Shown piece after piece: positions 10,493 through 20,341 of a stretch of 58,692 bases of DNA. The stretch spans positions 1 through 58,692 of IMG/VR virus record IMGVR_UViG_3300030102_006279; one strand, written 5' to 3'. The first letter of the stretch is position 1. Every line of letters starts with the position of its first letter. Origin of the DNA: a virus. Its lineage: Duplodnaviria; Caudoviricetes. The notes under the pieces are model-generated. The model searched no databases. It saw only the letters and a list, made by a program, of their open reading frames with translations, and had not been told where the DNA came from. The position numbers and the translations under genes were made by a program.

Positions 10493-10653
10493 GAGATAAA
10501 CCAGTTAAATGTATTTTGTTCGTTTTTAAAATCAGCTTGAAATGAAAAATTAAGTTGATTTTTTAAAGTGTCCAAAGCCTCAAGTATTTGTCTTTGGTTA
10601 CTGACATCATACTCTGGTCTTGGTTCAGGTATATTAACAATTATTTTAGCCAC
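10489..10653 (-). CDS. Hypothetical protein, 54 aa (not in ORF track)
   Basis: GTG start overlapping upstream stop; MAKIIVNIPEPRPEYDVSNQRQILEAL...NWFIS, TGA overlaps next ATG; fills the gap exactly. Confidence 0.75.
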   Translation of the reverse strand: MAKIIVNIPEPRPEYDVSNQRQILEALDTLKNQLNFSFQADFKNEQNTFNWFIS

Positions 10654-10945
10654 GTTTTACCCCTCTTTGTTTACGAATAGCTTCTTTACCTTTTTTGGCT
10701 ATGTTAGCTACTTGTGTTTTACCCATAACTTTAGCCCGTTGTTCCATTACTGTCAAAATCTGTATTTTTCGAGCATATGGTTTATTAATTTTTTTCACTT
10801 TTGCCACAGTAGCTCGTGCGTCCGCAGGCGTTGCAAACTTTATTTTTACAGTATCTTTAGGATTTTCATCCGTGTATAACCTACGACCACTGCCTTTTGG
10901 TTTTTTACCAGTGCCTTTTTTGGGGTCTCTTTTTTTTACTGTCAT
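10646..10945 (-). CDS. Highly basic hypothetical protein, 99 aa
   Basis: Lys/Arg-rich, RRLYTDENPKDTV; coupled to upstream stop. Confidence 0.75.
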   Translation of the reverse strand: MTVKKRDPKKGTGKKPKGSGRRLYTDENPKDTVKIKFATPADARATVAKVKKINKPYARKIQILTVMEQRAKVMGKTQVANIAKKGKEAIRKQRGVKRG

Positions 10946-13110
10946 TATCTTCTACCATCTGGTTGCACATCTGCTCTAAATGAACCAAATCGCCAATTTT
11001 CGCCAGTTGTGGTATTTTCTATTCTTAAAGCCACTAATCTACCTCGTGTTCTAGTATCTATTTTTGTGGTTGATGAGGTTACCGTAAATGGTCCAAGTAA
11101 TGAACTTGCTTTTGTTTCACTTGGAAAATCTTTAATTTTTAAAGTCACTGTTGCATTACCACTTAAAGCTTTAAAGTCAGGTATAAATCTTTTTATCTTC
11201 ATCAAAAACTCACCTTCTCCACCATCAACAAAAGCAAAATCACCAGACTCAATAAAAGCATCAATGCTTGAAGTGGCATTACCACTTTCATCAGCTTCAT
11301 CTACACCCACTTCATGTTCATAGACTTGAGATGCACCATTGGTGTTACTTACACCCTGTATGGTTGGAAAAGTTGGCGTTGCGTTTGTGGTAAATTCAGA
11401 TGCCAATGGTTTTTCAAATAGTGTTTTATCTAAATAAGCAGACCTTGCAAGACTGCTGGTTGTCCATACATTCTCACGATAGTTATAAGTGACACAGCGA
11501 TCTATTTGAGAAGAACCTGCTTTTGGATAAAACCAATTTATCTCAGTGAATAAAGAATTGTAATTACAATATATAATCTCACCTGCGTCATAATTAAGAC
11601 CTAAGTCGTTTGTACCAACATTAGTGAATACAAAGTCCTCTACACTACAAGGTATGCGTTTAACTGTTCCGTCATAAGCATAAAAACCTCCACCTTGTCC
11701 CATCCAATAAACAACACCATCCACATGCACAATCGCATGTTGTCCAATCAAACCACAGTTTGAACCCACCTGTTGAATACTAAAAGTAAAAGGTGGTCCC
11801 ACAAACTGCATAATGTAAGCAGAAGTATCTGTTAATATAATAATATAGTCTTTACCTCTTGTAGCACCTTCTATTTTTGTACCTGAGTCTAATCTAAAAG
11901 TACCTGCTGTGTTGGTAGATAGCGGGGTAAAATCAGTTCTATCTTCTTGGTCACTAAATCTTATAAACATTCTGTCTTGACTTGATGTGGTACCAATGGT
12001 CGTTTCTGTACCAAAATGTATGAAGTGTCGGTCACGGCCTGATACTAAAGTTGTGACTGAAGCAGTAGGATTGTTAGTCATGGCTGTTGCTCTGGTGGTA
12101 ACACCATCACTTGGATTCCATTCAAACGATTTTCCATTTTTAATAGTGGCAGTCAGTATAGTGCCAAAATTATCTAATGCCCAGTTAGCTGGTTCCAGAG
12201 TAACATCAGTAACAGAGGCTGCCTCATTCCATGCAACAAAATTAGTAGCATCTTTAACCACTGCGGCATCATCGTGTGCTGAACGGGTTGATCCCAAAGC
12301 ACCTCTAGTAATGCCAGTCAAATCATTACTAGAAATACCTGTATAGGTAATAAGTTCAGAACCCACTAATATAGTTCCCGCAGAACTAAATCCAGAGGTA
12401 GAAGTCAAAGTCACGCTAGTGCCTGAACCTCCTGTACCTGCGGTATTGTCACCCAGTGCACCATCTAAATCATTTTGTGTTACTGTTCTTGTTTCACCAC
12501 CCCATTGAGCTACACCCCAACCAAAAGATGGTGTTGCATCGACAGGACCTGGCTTTACATAAGGATTAACAGTTGCAGATCCTCCAGCTGTAAGTCCAGA
12601 ACCTGACTCGCTACTTGGCATGGTAACCGTAAAAGTGTCTGAGGTTGCAGTGACTATCTCAAAAGTGTTGGTCGTAAAATCAGCATCGGTATATCCTGTA
12701 CCACTGCCTGGTATAGTCATTGAACTAAAGGTAAACAGATCTCCAGCTTCTAATTGATGAGCAACTTTATTGACAGTTAATGTTGCTGAACCGTTAGTGG
12801 TAGTTAAAGTACAAGAAGTTAATGCAGTGTCTAAAGGAGTGATGTCGTAGTAAACACCACCTAGATAAATTGCTAATAATTTATGTGATGCCACAGCAAG
12901 ATATCTTGTGCCATCTAAATCTGCCCAGTTATGTATGTCACGGGTTACGCCAACAACAGTGTCTGCGGTGGTTTTTTGCCAACCACCCATCTTTTCAGGC
13001 TCACCATATCTAAATCTAACAAAATCACCGTCCACCCAAGTGCTTTCAGCGACAGATTCTGAGATTTGTTTGTTAAACCCTGGTCTAAATGGTACTTTTA
13101 TTAATGGCAT
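10945..13110 (-). CDS. Tail nozzle / head-closure protein (P22 gp10 / tail tubular B-like)
   Basis: 721 aa beta-rich protein: IRFSDQED, NTAGTFRL, GPPFTF, NCGLIG, C-terminal RTRGR..LRIE..WRFG; Thr-rich inserted domains. Confidence 0.7.
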   Translation of the reverse strand: MPLIKVPFRPGFNKQISESVAESTWVDGDFVRFRYGEPEKMGGWQKTTADTVVGVTRDIHNWADLDGTRYLAVASHKLLAIYLGGVYYDITPLDTALTSCTLTTTNGSATLTVNKVAHQLEAGDLFTFSSMTIPGSGTGYTDADFTTNTFEIVTATSDTFTVTMPSSESGSGLTAGGSATVNPYVKPGPVDATPSFGWGVAQWGGETRTVTQNDLDGALGDNTAGTGGSGTSVTLTSTSGFSSAGTILVGSELITYTGISSNDLTGITRGALGSTRSAHDDAAVVKDATNFVAWNEAASVTDVTLEPANWALDNFGTILTATIKNGKSFEWNPSDGVTTRATAMTNNPTASVTTLVSGRDRHFIHFGTETTIGTTSSQDRMFIRFSDQEDRTDFTPLSTNTAGTFRLDSGTKIEGATRGKDYIIILTDTSAYIMQFVGPPFTFSIQQVGSNCGLIGQHAIVHVDGVVYWMGQGGGFYAYDGTVKRIPCSVEDFVFTNVGTNDLGLNYDAGEIIYCNYNSLFTEINWFYPKAGSSQIDRCVTYNYRENVWTTSSLARSAYLDKTLFEKPLASEFTTNATPTFPTIQGVSNTNGASQVYEHEVGVDEADESGNATSSIDAFIESGDFAFVDGGEGEFLMKIKRFIPDFKALSGNATVTLKIKDFPSETKASSLLGPFTVTSSTTKIDTRTRGRLVALRIENTTTGENWRFGSFRADVQPDGRR

Positions 13111-13116
13111 AAATAG

Positions 13117-13139
13117 TGTCCTGTTTTGATTAAGTATAA
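13117..13139 (-). promoter_or_regulatory. Putative internal promoter/RBS element (copy 1)
   Basis: Minus strand TATACTTAATCAAAACAGGACA; near-identical to the element at 17354-17375. Confidence 0.45.
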
Positions 13140-13148
13140 TAGAAGGGA

Positions 13149-13829
13149 CTATGTGTTGACAATAGGAGCATTACTAGCTTCCCAGTTATAAAAATGCGTA
13201 ATACAGTATCTACCGTGGCCAAATTTTATGTCATCTTTAGACTTGACCTCTGTTACTTCATGTTCTAAGTAGCTTGGAAAAAACACCATTCTATTATTAA
13301 TACACTCTATTGTAGCCTTTGCCGCACTTAATTTTAAGTTACCACCAAAAAACTGTTTTGGCTCTTTATACATCCAGATCAAGCAAGTAAATTGTACGCT
13401 ATCGCAATGAGGTTTATAGTATTTAGACTTATCATAATAACTAATAAAAGTTGAATCTACATTAGTATTTATAAAATTATTATGGTGTAAAGGCATAGCA
13501 TCTAAAACAATATCGTGAAAAGCTTTACTTGTTTGTTTGTACATGGCTCTTAAAATTGGTGAAATAATTCTACCTTTTTGTGTGTAATAATCCCACACAT
13601 AAAATCTAAAAGCGTTAGATTTTGCTACACCCTTTAAATTTTTTGCAACGACTGTATTTTCTGCTTTTTCATAAATAGGTTGAGTTGCATACATGTCAAG
13701 CTCATGCCATACAGCGTTTATTTCTTCTTGTGTATACCAATTATCAATAACTAAATAAGGAGCTTCTTTTTTTTGATTGTTTATTTTTATATCCCAATCT
13801 TGTTTTACTTCTTTTACTACTATAGTCAT
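13149..13829 (-). CDS. 2OG-Fe(II) oxygenase
   Basis: YYKPHCD (HxD), GGNL, FFPSYLEHEV (distal His), GRYCITHF (2OG-binding Arg). Confidence 0.9.
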   Translation of the reverse strand: MTIVVKEVKQDWDIKINNQKKEAPYLVIDNWYTQEEINAVWHELDMYATQPIYEKAENTVVAKNLKGVAKSNAFRFYVWDYYTQKGRIISPILRAMYKQTSKAFHDIVLDAMPLHHNNFINTNVDSTFISYYDKSKYYKPHCDSVQFTCLIWMYKEPKQFFGGNLKLSAAKATIECINNRMVFFPSYLEHEVTEVKSKDDIKFGHGRYCITHFYNWEASNAPIVNT

Positions 13830-14290
13830 CCTAATGTGCCATCATCTCTTCCGCCCATGGTAAATAGTCTTTTATGAGGGTATATTCTATTATTAATTTT
13901 TACCATGACTTTATCATCTCTAAAAAAACCAGCTTGTATTGACCATACATAATCATCACATTTTATTCTATGAAATGTACTTTTCTTAACATAGTTAAAC
14001 CACTTTCTTTTCTTTACGATAATTTTACCATTGTCGTTTATTTCTTCTGTATATTTGCCTTTAAATATAAATGATATGAAATTAGTTTCATGACTATGAT
14101 AAATAACTCTTGCATTTGATTTAGTGTTGGCAAATTGTTTATCATGATCAATAGGATGTATTTTCGATACTAAAACTGTAAGCGGTTTAGTCCAAAAACC
14201 CCATCTTGATATTGCTCTGATACCATTGTTTGCTACAACATGACTTGCACCAAAACCAATATTACAGGTCTTTAAGAAGGACTTTATCAT
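13826..14290 (-). CDS. Cupin-like metal-binding protein
   Basis: YHSHETNFISFIFKGKYTEE ... FHRI matches the HxH...E...H cupin pattern. Confidence 0.55.
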   Translation of the reverse strand: MIKSFLKTCNIGFGASHVVANNGIRAISRWGFWTKPLTVLVSKIHPIDHDKQFANTKSNARVIYHSHETNFISFIFKGKYTEEINDNGKIIVKKRKWFNYVKKSTFHRIKCDDYVWSIQAGFFRDDKVMVKINNRIYPHKRLFTMGGRDDGTLG

Positions 14291-15089
14291 AGCCACCACT
14301 GCCGTCAGATTTTGGTACTTTTACATATTCCTTTATGTTTTCTTTGCTTTGATTTGAAGCGATGCGATTACCATGATTGTCATATTGAGATACAACTATT
14401 TCAGTATCAGCTAAGTTAGTAAGTTCGTCTGCGTAATCCGATGAGTATTCCTCATACAAATTAGTGCCTTCTCCATAAACCATATAGCGTTCTAAATGTG
14501 CAACTAAAATAACTTCAACTAACTCTTTTGCATTATTAAATTGAAACTTAAACATATCATCCGCATGTGCTAATTTTTTACTTTTTGAAATAGGCATTTC
14601 TACATCTGATTTTAATGATTCAGCCCAAGCCCAAATATTGTCATTAGTGCCAGTCACATATATGGCTTGTGTGCCTTGCATTTCAAAAGAAGCGTTACAT
14701 ATATCGGTGATATATTCTACTGTTAGTTCACTAGGAACTGTAACTACTGGCATCGCAGCTCCTTTTTTGTAAACTACTTCCATCGTTTTTGTTGTGGTAT
14801 CTAAATCATAAAAATATTTTATAAAGTCATGATTTAGTAAAATGCTGTTTTGTATTTTACTACTGTCTTTGTAATTAGGAGGGCAACTACAACCATGTAG
14901 ACTATATTTATTTGCTCCCATTTTCACACCCCACACATTTGGTTCATGCGGCCATGTTTCATCAGGAAATTTTTTTGCTATTTCAGCTTTAATTTTTTTA
15001 ACTTCATCGTCATCAGTTCCTGCCCAATAAGTACGATGCACAACTGCTTTGTTTTGAATCCATGCTCTATATAAAACTGGGTTACTCAT
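14262..15089 (-). CDS. Hypothetical protein, 275 aa
   Basis: Long ORF coupled to adhesin gene; no recognised motif. Confidence 0.7.
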   Translation of the reverse strand: MSNPVLYRAWIQNKAVVHRTYWAGTDDDEVKKIKAEIAKKFPDETWPHEPNVWGVKMGANKYSLHGCSCPPNYKDSSKIQNSILLNHDFIKYFYDLDTTTKTMEVVYKKGAAMPVVTVPSELTVEYITDICNASFEMQGTQAIYVTGTNDNIWAWAESLKSDVEMPISKSKKLAHADDMFKFQFNNAKELVEVILVAHLERYMVYGEGTNLYEEYSSDYADELTNLADTEIVVSQYDNHGNRIASNQSKENIKEYVKVPKSDGSGGYDKVLLKDL

Positions 15090-16072
15090 TATGATACTGC
15101 TCCTTGGACATTTCCACTTCCATCTTCGTATGTTACCGAATTACCGTTTAAATTTATAGCTTTTCCTGCTGCACCACCAGCTCCACCTGCTCTGTGGTCT
15201 GTGCTTTGTGGAGAACCACCAGTCGTTGACCCAGCTTGACCAGTTGTTCCACTTTGACCAAAGCCACCGCCACCGCCACCGTTTCCTCCTTTCACACTAT
15301 TACCGCCATTACTATTAGTTGCACCACCTCCACCAGCACCCCCTCCAGAAATAGAACCAGCTTGTCCAGCTTGACCATTTATATTAGTCACCCCTCCAGC
15401 ACCAGCAGCACCACCATTTTGACCAGCACCGCCGCCACCGCCGCCACCGCCACCTCTAAGGGTTATTTGTTGGCTTTTATCAAGTACAAATACACCTTCA
15501 GCAAAACCGCCACCACCACCGCCACCACCAGCACCTCTAATGAATCCGCCGTTGTTTTGTATGGTTGTGTCAATACCTAAATTAATAGCACTACCTCCAG
15601 CACCACCTGCAGCACCAGCCTGTTGACTACCACCTCCAGCACCAGCAGCGCCACCAGCTCCAACAATTTGACTGTTATTAATAATTTTTACAGTATCTCC
15701 AGTTGTCCATTGATTACCTGTATCAATCGCATATTGTCCAGTGCCTGCTGAACCCACAATGGCTTGTACGGTTAGTGTTACATCAGAAATACCAGCAGAG
15801 TATGTACCACCTCTGTTGGCGTAAATGTTGTAGTTTTGTGTTGTGCTTGATATTTGTAAGGCGATAGCTATACGAGCTGTACTACCATAAAATTGTGACA
15901 TAGAAATAGTGCCACTCGTTGGTATAGACCCTGATTGACCTGTTGTACCTGACGGAACATTTTGACCACCAGCATAGTATTCGGATAAAGAGTCAGAACC
16001 ACCTGCAGCATCACCAAACTCTGCTACAATTTCTGATATTGCTAATGGTGAGCCGCTGTCTTTGACTGCCAT
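15089..16072 (-). CDS. Glycine-rich tail-tip adhesin (T2/S16 gp38-like)
   Basis: Multiple polyglycine runs separated by loops; IQNNGGFIRGAGGGGG; C-terminal GGAAGKAI...GNVQGAVS. Confidence 0.65.
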   Translation of the reverse strand: MAVKDSGSPLAISEIVAEFGDAAGGSDSLSEYYAGGQNVPSGTTGQSGSIPTSGTISMSQFYGSTARIAIALQISSTTQNYNIYANRGGTYSAGISDVTLTVQAIVGSAGTGQYAIDTGNQWTTGDTVKIINNSQIVGAGGAAGAGGGSQQAGAAGGAGGSAINLGIDTTIQNNGGFIRGAGGGGGGGGFAEGVFVLDKSQQITLRGGGGGGGGGAGQNGGAAGAGGVTNINGQAGQAGSISGGGAGGGGATNSNGGNSVKGGNGGGGGGFGQSGTTGQAGSTTGGSPQSTDHRAGGAGGAAGKAINLNGNSVTYEDGSGNVQGAVS

Positions 16073-16080
16073 AAGTACCC

Positions 16081-16647
16081 CTAAATTTTAATCATAAATT
16101 TAAGACACAAATACGGTTGTAAATTAGCATTGGTTGCACTAGAACCTGCATTTGCAATAGTTGTAGATACAGAAATACCTGTGGTTTTTGTTTCAGTATT
16201 ACCTTGACCATCAGTTCTTTGTCCATCTGGTCCATTTACACTTCCACTCTCACCATATTGAGGAAACTCAACACCTTGTGGAGATAAGTGAAAATGACCT
16301 GGATCTGTCACAGAAGAAGATGCGGTATGATTGTGTTGCACCAATGTAGCATCAGCACTACCACCTGTAGCTGCTAAAGACACACTGCTTGATTTACCAT
16401 ATATCACTCGGTCTTTTAGATCAGGTAGAGTAAAGGTACTTGAACCATCTCCAGATCCATAAGTTGTACCAATAACTCCAAATAATACTGAGTAAGTAGT
16501 CCTAGATACAGCAGAGCCATCACACTCTAAATAACCTGTTGGAGCAGATGAAACTGTCCATGGCACAATAGTGCCCGTTGCGACAACAAGTGAACCCGTT
16601 AAACTATCACTGGTAAAATTATATTTTGTTGCTTCATATGTAGCCAT
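16081..16647 (-). CDS. Phage tail collar domain protein
   Basis: GTIVPW...PTGYLECDGSAVSRTTYSVLFGVIGTTYGSGDGSSTFTLPDL. Confidence 0.92.
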   Translation of the reverse strand: MATYEATKYNFTSDSLTGSLVVATGTIVPWTVSSAPTGYLECDGSAVSRTTYSVLFGVIGTTYGSGDGSSTFTLPDLKDRVIYGKSSSVSLAATGGSADATLVQHNHTASSSVTDPGHFHLSPQGVEFPQYGESGSVNGPDGQRTDGQGNTETKTTGISVSTTIANAGSSATNANLQPYLCLKFMIKI

Positions 16648-17348
16648 TATTTATCCCTAAATGTCCATCCAACTGTTGCGTCACCTGAATATACCAAAGT
16701 AAATCCAGCACCTTCTGTAGCCACGGTAAGATCCGCAGCTGCATTAACAATGTTAGAACTGTTACGACCAACTGTTAAATTATTTGAATCAAATGTATAT
16801 TTTGCATCTAAAAAAGTAACTTCATCTCCAGCTGCGGGAGAGGCAGGCAAGGTAATCGTTCTCGCACCACCTGAAGTATCAACTAAAAGTTGTGCTCCTG
16901 CTTGTACTGTTTCGTTAGCAGATACTGCTCTCCATACTCTAGTTTCTTGATCTTTAACAATATCAGTGCCATTGGCATGACAGATGTAATGATTACCTTC
17001 ACAAAGTAAAAATCCTGTTTGACTGGTTACTTTAAAAGTAAGAGTATTTCCATCATGGTTGGTGCCATCAATAATGTTAAAAAACTTTTCAATAGAAGCA
17101 GGCATATTGACCGTTCTATTAGCTCCAAGTGTGCCTGTAAATTTCAAAGACATATTACGAGCATTGGATATCGCTGCATTAGACATTACTAATGTAACAT
17201 CGGATGAGGCTACATCTATCTCTTGGTAACCTGCGATTGCTTGTTGTACTAGATTTAAATTAGTATTGGTCTTATCACCCCAAGTTCCAGAGTTTTCCCC
17301 TGTTGCCATAAGTTCTATTTTTAAATCACTTGAAAATGTTGATGCCAT
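16647..17348 (-). CDS. Tail fibre proximal/adaptor protein
   Basis: GENSGTWGDKTNTNL N-terminus; VDTSGGARTITLPASPAAGDEVTFLD repeat like that of T4-type long tail fibre proximal subunits. Confidence 0.7.
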   Translation of the reverse strand: MASTFSSDLKIELMATGENSGTWGDKTNTNLNLVQQAIAGYQEIDVASSDVTLVMSNAAISNARNMSLKFTGTLGANRTVNMPASIEKFFNIIDGTNHDGNTLTFKVTSQTGFLLCEGNHYICHANGTDIVKDQETRVWRAVSANETVQAGAQLLVDTSGGARTITLPASPAAGDEVTFLDAKYTFDSNNLTVGRNSSNIVNAAADLTVATEGAGFTLVYSGDATVGWTFRDK

Positions 17349-17353
17349 AATTT

Positions 17354-17375
17354 TGTCCTGTTTGTTTAATTATAT
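17354..17375 (-). promoter_or_regulatory. Putative internal promoter/RBS element (copy 2)
   Basis: Minus strand TATAATTAAACAAACAGGACA; near-identical to 13117-13139. Confidence 0.45.
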
Positions 17376-17381
17376 AAGTAC

Positions 17382-17771
17382 TTAGGCTACCTTTTCAACC
17401 TCATCAACTTTTTTCCATGTCTGAGCTGTGCCTGTGCTTACATCAGTCCATGTCTGAGAAGAGCCTGTGCTCACATCTGAATAAGTTTGCGCCGTTCCAA
17501 TGTCTACTGTTTCCCAGGCTACTGCGTTTGCAATGCCTTGACTTAAAGTTAAGGCTGAGCCTGTTACTGCAAAACTTACATCAGTAACAACCACTACTGA
17601 TCCTATTGAGGATGTTGCTGCAATACCTGTAACAGTTATATCTGCATCTGCTGTAATTGAAACTGAACCAATACTTGATGTTAAAGAACTTCCTGTGACA
17701 AGAACTCCGGTTACAGGTGACTGCATAGAAGCAAAAGGTGATTCTGAAAAAGCAAATATACCAAAGCTCAT
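17382..17771 (-). CDS. Tail-associated structural protein
   Basis: MSFG..FSESPFA start, VTG..TSSIGSV repeats, C-terminal W/Y-x-D-V-S-T-G repeats. Confidence 0.6.
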   Translation of the reverse strand: MSFGIFAFSESPFASMQSPVTGVLVTGSSLTSSIGSVSITADADITVTGIAATSSIGSVVVVTDVSFAVTGSALTLSQGIANAVAWETVDIGTAQTYSDVSTGSSQTWTDVSTGTAQTWKKVDEVEKVA

Positions 17772-17773
17772 CT

Positions 17774-19894
17774 TTATCTCCTATTTTTTAGTTCATCAAC
17801 TTCTTCTTTTAGTTCTTTAATAGCCTCAATAAGTACACCTACTAAATTACCATACGCTACAGACATATATTCACTTTTATCATGCACAACTTCTGGCATA
17901 ACTTTTTGCATCTCTTGAGCTATTACACCTGTGCCTTCTCTACCATCTCTGGTAAAGGTAACACCTCTCATATTCATTACTTTATCTAAAGCATTTGTAA
18001 TTGTTTCAATATCACTCTTTAATCGTTCATCAGAAAATGCGGTTACATCATTATTGAAGGTAGCAGCTCCAGCTGCACTCATATCTAATGTCAAAGCTGT
18101 AATTTCTGAGCCACCATCATTACCTTTAAAAATCATGTCTTTATCACTAACAGCACTTTTAATTACTAAATCACTACTACTGTTTGTTAGTCTACCAATT
18201 TCAGTGCCTGCATCTTTAAAAATAACATCTCCGCCATCAGCGTCTAAATTAATATCTCCAGCTACATCTATTGTTAAGTCGCCACTCGATAAGTCTATTT
18301 CTGTACCATCAATAGTTATATTATCTACTATAACTCCAGCGTTTGCGGTTATTGCTCCATTGAAAGCTGCTGCACCTGCTTCTGAACCATCTAATGTTAA
18401 AAATGTAGTATCAACTCCTCCATCTGTACCTTTGAGTATTATGTCAGAATTATTTGCTACAGCGTCAATCGTGATATTTCCAGATGATGTGGAGATAGTA
18501 ACTGCCGCATCTCCTTCAGTTAAATCATCACAAGCCAATGAACTAGCTGAGGCTGCCGCAAAAGATAGCGTCCCACTGCCGTTTGTTTTTAAAAAGTGTC
18601 CATCGCTGCCATCAGCTGTTGGCATGTTAAAGGTAACATTGTTAGATTTTAAAATTAATTTAGAACCATCTGAAGCTATACTTTCGTTGGCATCATGAAA
18701 CTGTAATGTTGGTGTGCCTCCACTATCCTCTAACAAAAGACCTGTGTCATGCACATGAGTTAAAGTTATCTCTGAGTTTGCACCAAAAGAAAGAACTGAA
18801 GCATCTGATAAAAGTTTTACATCATCACCAAAGACTGCATCAAGAACTACTGACAAACCGCCATCAGTCTGTAACGAGCCATCTGTTGTAGAGGTTGCAT
18901 TAGTTGTGTCATCAGTTTTGATAATACCACTTGCTGTCACTGTTGCTGCCTCTAAACTAGCAACAAGTGTACCTGTTGTAATTGACAAGTTACCAGTTGA
19001 AGCCCCTGTAAATGTACCTGTACCCACTATAAACTTATCAGCACTTTCGTCAAAACCAATAAAAGCATTGTTTTGATCGCCTCTTTCTATGACCATACCA
19101 GCATCATTAGTTGGAGTGCCTGTGGTTCCATTCGCTAATTCAATGATAGCGTCGGTTAAAACTTTGTTTGTGGTGTTAATCGTTGTTGTGTCACCGTTTA
19201 CAGTGAAATCACCTGTTACTGTCAAATCATTTGTCACAGTAGCATCGTTTTTAAAAGTTACATCACCACTAGAGTTTACAACCATCGCATCAAGAGTTGA
19301 AGCTGAACCTATTTGACCACCATCAGCAATAGTGATACCAGCTGAATGAACATCTCTTTGGCTAAAAGTTACTGCTCCACCTGAAGCTATGCTTATTGCG
19401 TCTGTGTCAGAAGCTGAACCTATTTGACCACCATTTGCTATGGTAATACCACCTGAGTGAATATCTCTTTGACTAAAAGTTACCACTCCGCCTGATGATA
19501 TAGCTATGGCATCAGTATCACTGGTATGCCCTATATTTGCTCCATTTATGATTATACTACTGACTGTAAGATTACCACTTGCATCAAGAACTGCAGCTTT
19601 GCTTGCTGGTAATGTACAAAATACGAATTTACTCCCTGCCGAAAAATTAACTGCATTATCACTATTAGAGCTTGATATAACTGTAGTTCTAGCCATAGTA
19701 GAACTATCAGCAGATAAAGTACCTAAACCTATTTCAAATTCATCATTTAAAACAATACAGTAATAAGTGGTATTATTGTTTCCAATTCCAGCTGCAAAAG
19801 TTTCAAACCCTGTTTCTGCACCTTCAAAAGTAATTGTACCAGTGCCTGTGGTTGCGGTGGTTTCTTTTACACGGTCATTGATTACTAACGCCAT
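17774..19894 (-). CDS. Tail fibre with C-terminal peptidase S74 intramolecular chaperone
   Basis: MALVINDRVKETT anchor; beta-repeat shaft; AFSDERLKSDIETITNALDKV...GVIAQE...VAYGNLVGVLIEAIKEL. Confidence 0.9.
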   Translation of the reverse strand: MALVINDRVKETTATTGTGTITFEGAETGFETFAAGIGNNNTTYYCIVLNDEFEIGLGTLSADSSTMARTTVISSSNSDNAVNFSAGSKFVFCTLPASKAAVLDASGNLTVSSIIINGANIGHTSDTDAIAISSGGVVTFSQRDIHSGGITIANGGQIGSASDTDAISIASGGAVTFSQRDVHSAGITIADGGQIGSASTLDAMVVNSSGDVTFKNDATVTNDLTVTGDFTVNGDTTTINTTNKVLTDAIIELANGTTGTPTNDAGMVIERGDQNNAFIGFDESADKFIVGTGTFTGASTGNLSITTGTLVASLEAATVTASGIIKTDDTTNATSTTDGSLQTDGGLSVVLDAVFGDDVKLLSDASVLSFGANSEITLTHVHDTGLLLEDSGGTPTLQFHDANESIASDGSKLILKSNNVTFNMPTADGSDGHFLKTNGSGTLSFAAASASSLACDDLTEGDAAVTISTSSGNITIDAVANNSDIILKGTDGGVDTTFLTLDGSEAGAAAFNGAITANAGVIVDNITIDGTEIDLSSGDLTIDVAGDINLDADGGDVIFKDAGTEIGRLTNSSSDLVIKSAVSDKDMIFKGNDGGSEITALTLDMSAAGAATFNNDVTAFSDERLKSDIETITNALDKVMNMRGVTFTRDGREGTGVIAQEMQKVMPEVVHDKSEYMSVAYGNLVGVLIEAIKELKEEVDELKNRR
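19270..19545 (-). repeat. 111-nt (37-aa) tandem repeat inside the tail fibre, about 2.5 copies
   Basis: gaagctgaacctatttgaccacc at 19299 and 19410; IG..SDTDAI.I.SGG.VTFSQRD.HS.GITIA repeated. Confidence 0.85.
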
Positions 19895-19903
19895 GTGTCA
19901 CCT

Positions 19904-20341
19904 CTATGCTATTCGTATGATTGCAGCAGATGAAGAAAAAGCAGGAAACTGTATAGTAAATGTGCCTGAAGTTGCTGTTTTATCGGCACCAAAATTCAAA
20001 ACACATACTGCTGGATCACCAGAAGCTGTGTCGTTATAAATTAATGCACCTCGTGCTGTCAGACTCACGCCTGTAAATGACAGATCTGCAAAATCAACCA
20101 AAGCTGTATCAGAAGATAACGATGTACCGCCATTAGTTAATGCACTTCCTCCAGAAGCATATTGACCTGTAGCTCCTACCTGATTATCTGTAGTAAATGA
20201 TGTGGTTGATTTACCTAAAGTAGCACTACTAGTATACAGCGCTAATTTAAATGAATTACCACCACTTGATTTAAAATTGTGTGTTCCTTCCAATAATTCT
20301 TTTTTGAAGGAATTACATATTGCATTAGTTGTTATCGCCAT
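19904..20341 (-). CDS. Conserved virion structural protein
   Basis: SFKKELLEGTHNF..FKLALYTSSA..TARGALIYND..FGADKT; tail-module position. Confidence 0.65.
   Translation of the reverse strand: MAITTNAICNSFKKELLEGTHNFKSSGGNSFKLALYTSSATLGKSTTSFTTDNQVGATGQYASGGSALTNGGTSLSSDTALVDFADLSFTGVSLTARGALIYNDTASGDPAVCVLNFGADKTATSGTFTIQFPAFSSSAAIIRIA

Noticed and set aside
15089-19894. Diversity-generating retroelement or invertible tail-fibre switch
   Set aside because: No reverse transcriptase, invertase, or template/variable repeat pair seen; the fibre repeat is an ordinary in-frame duplication
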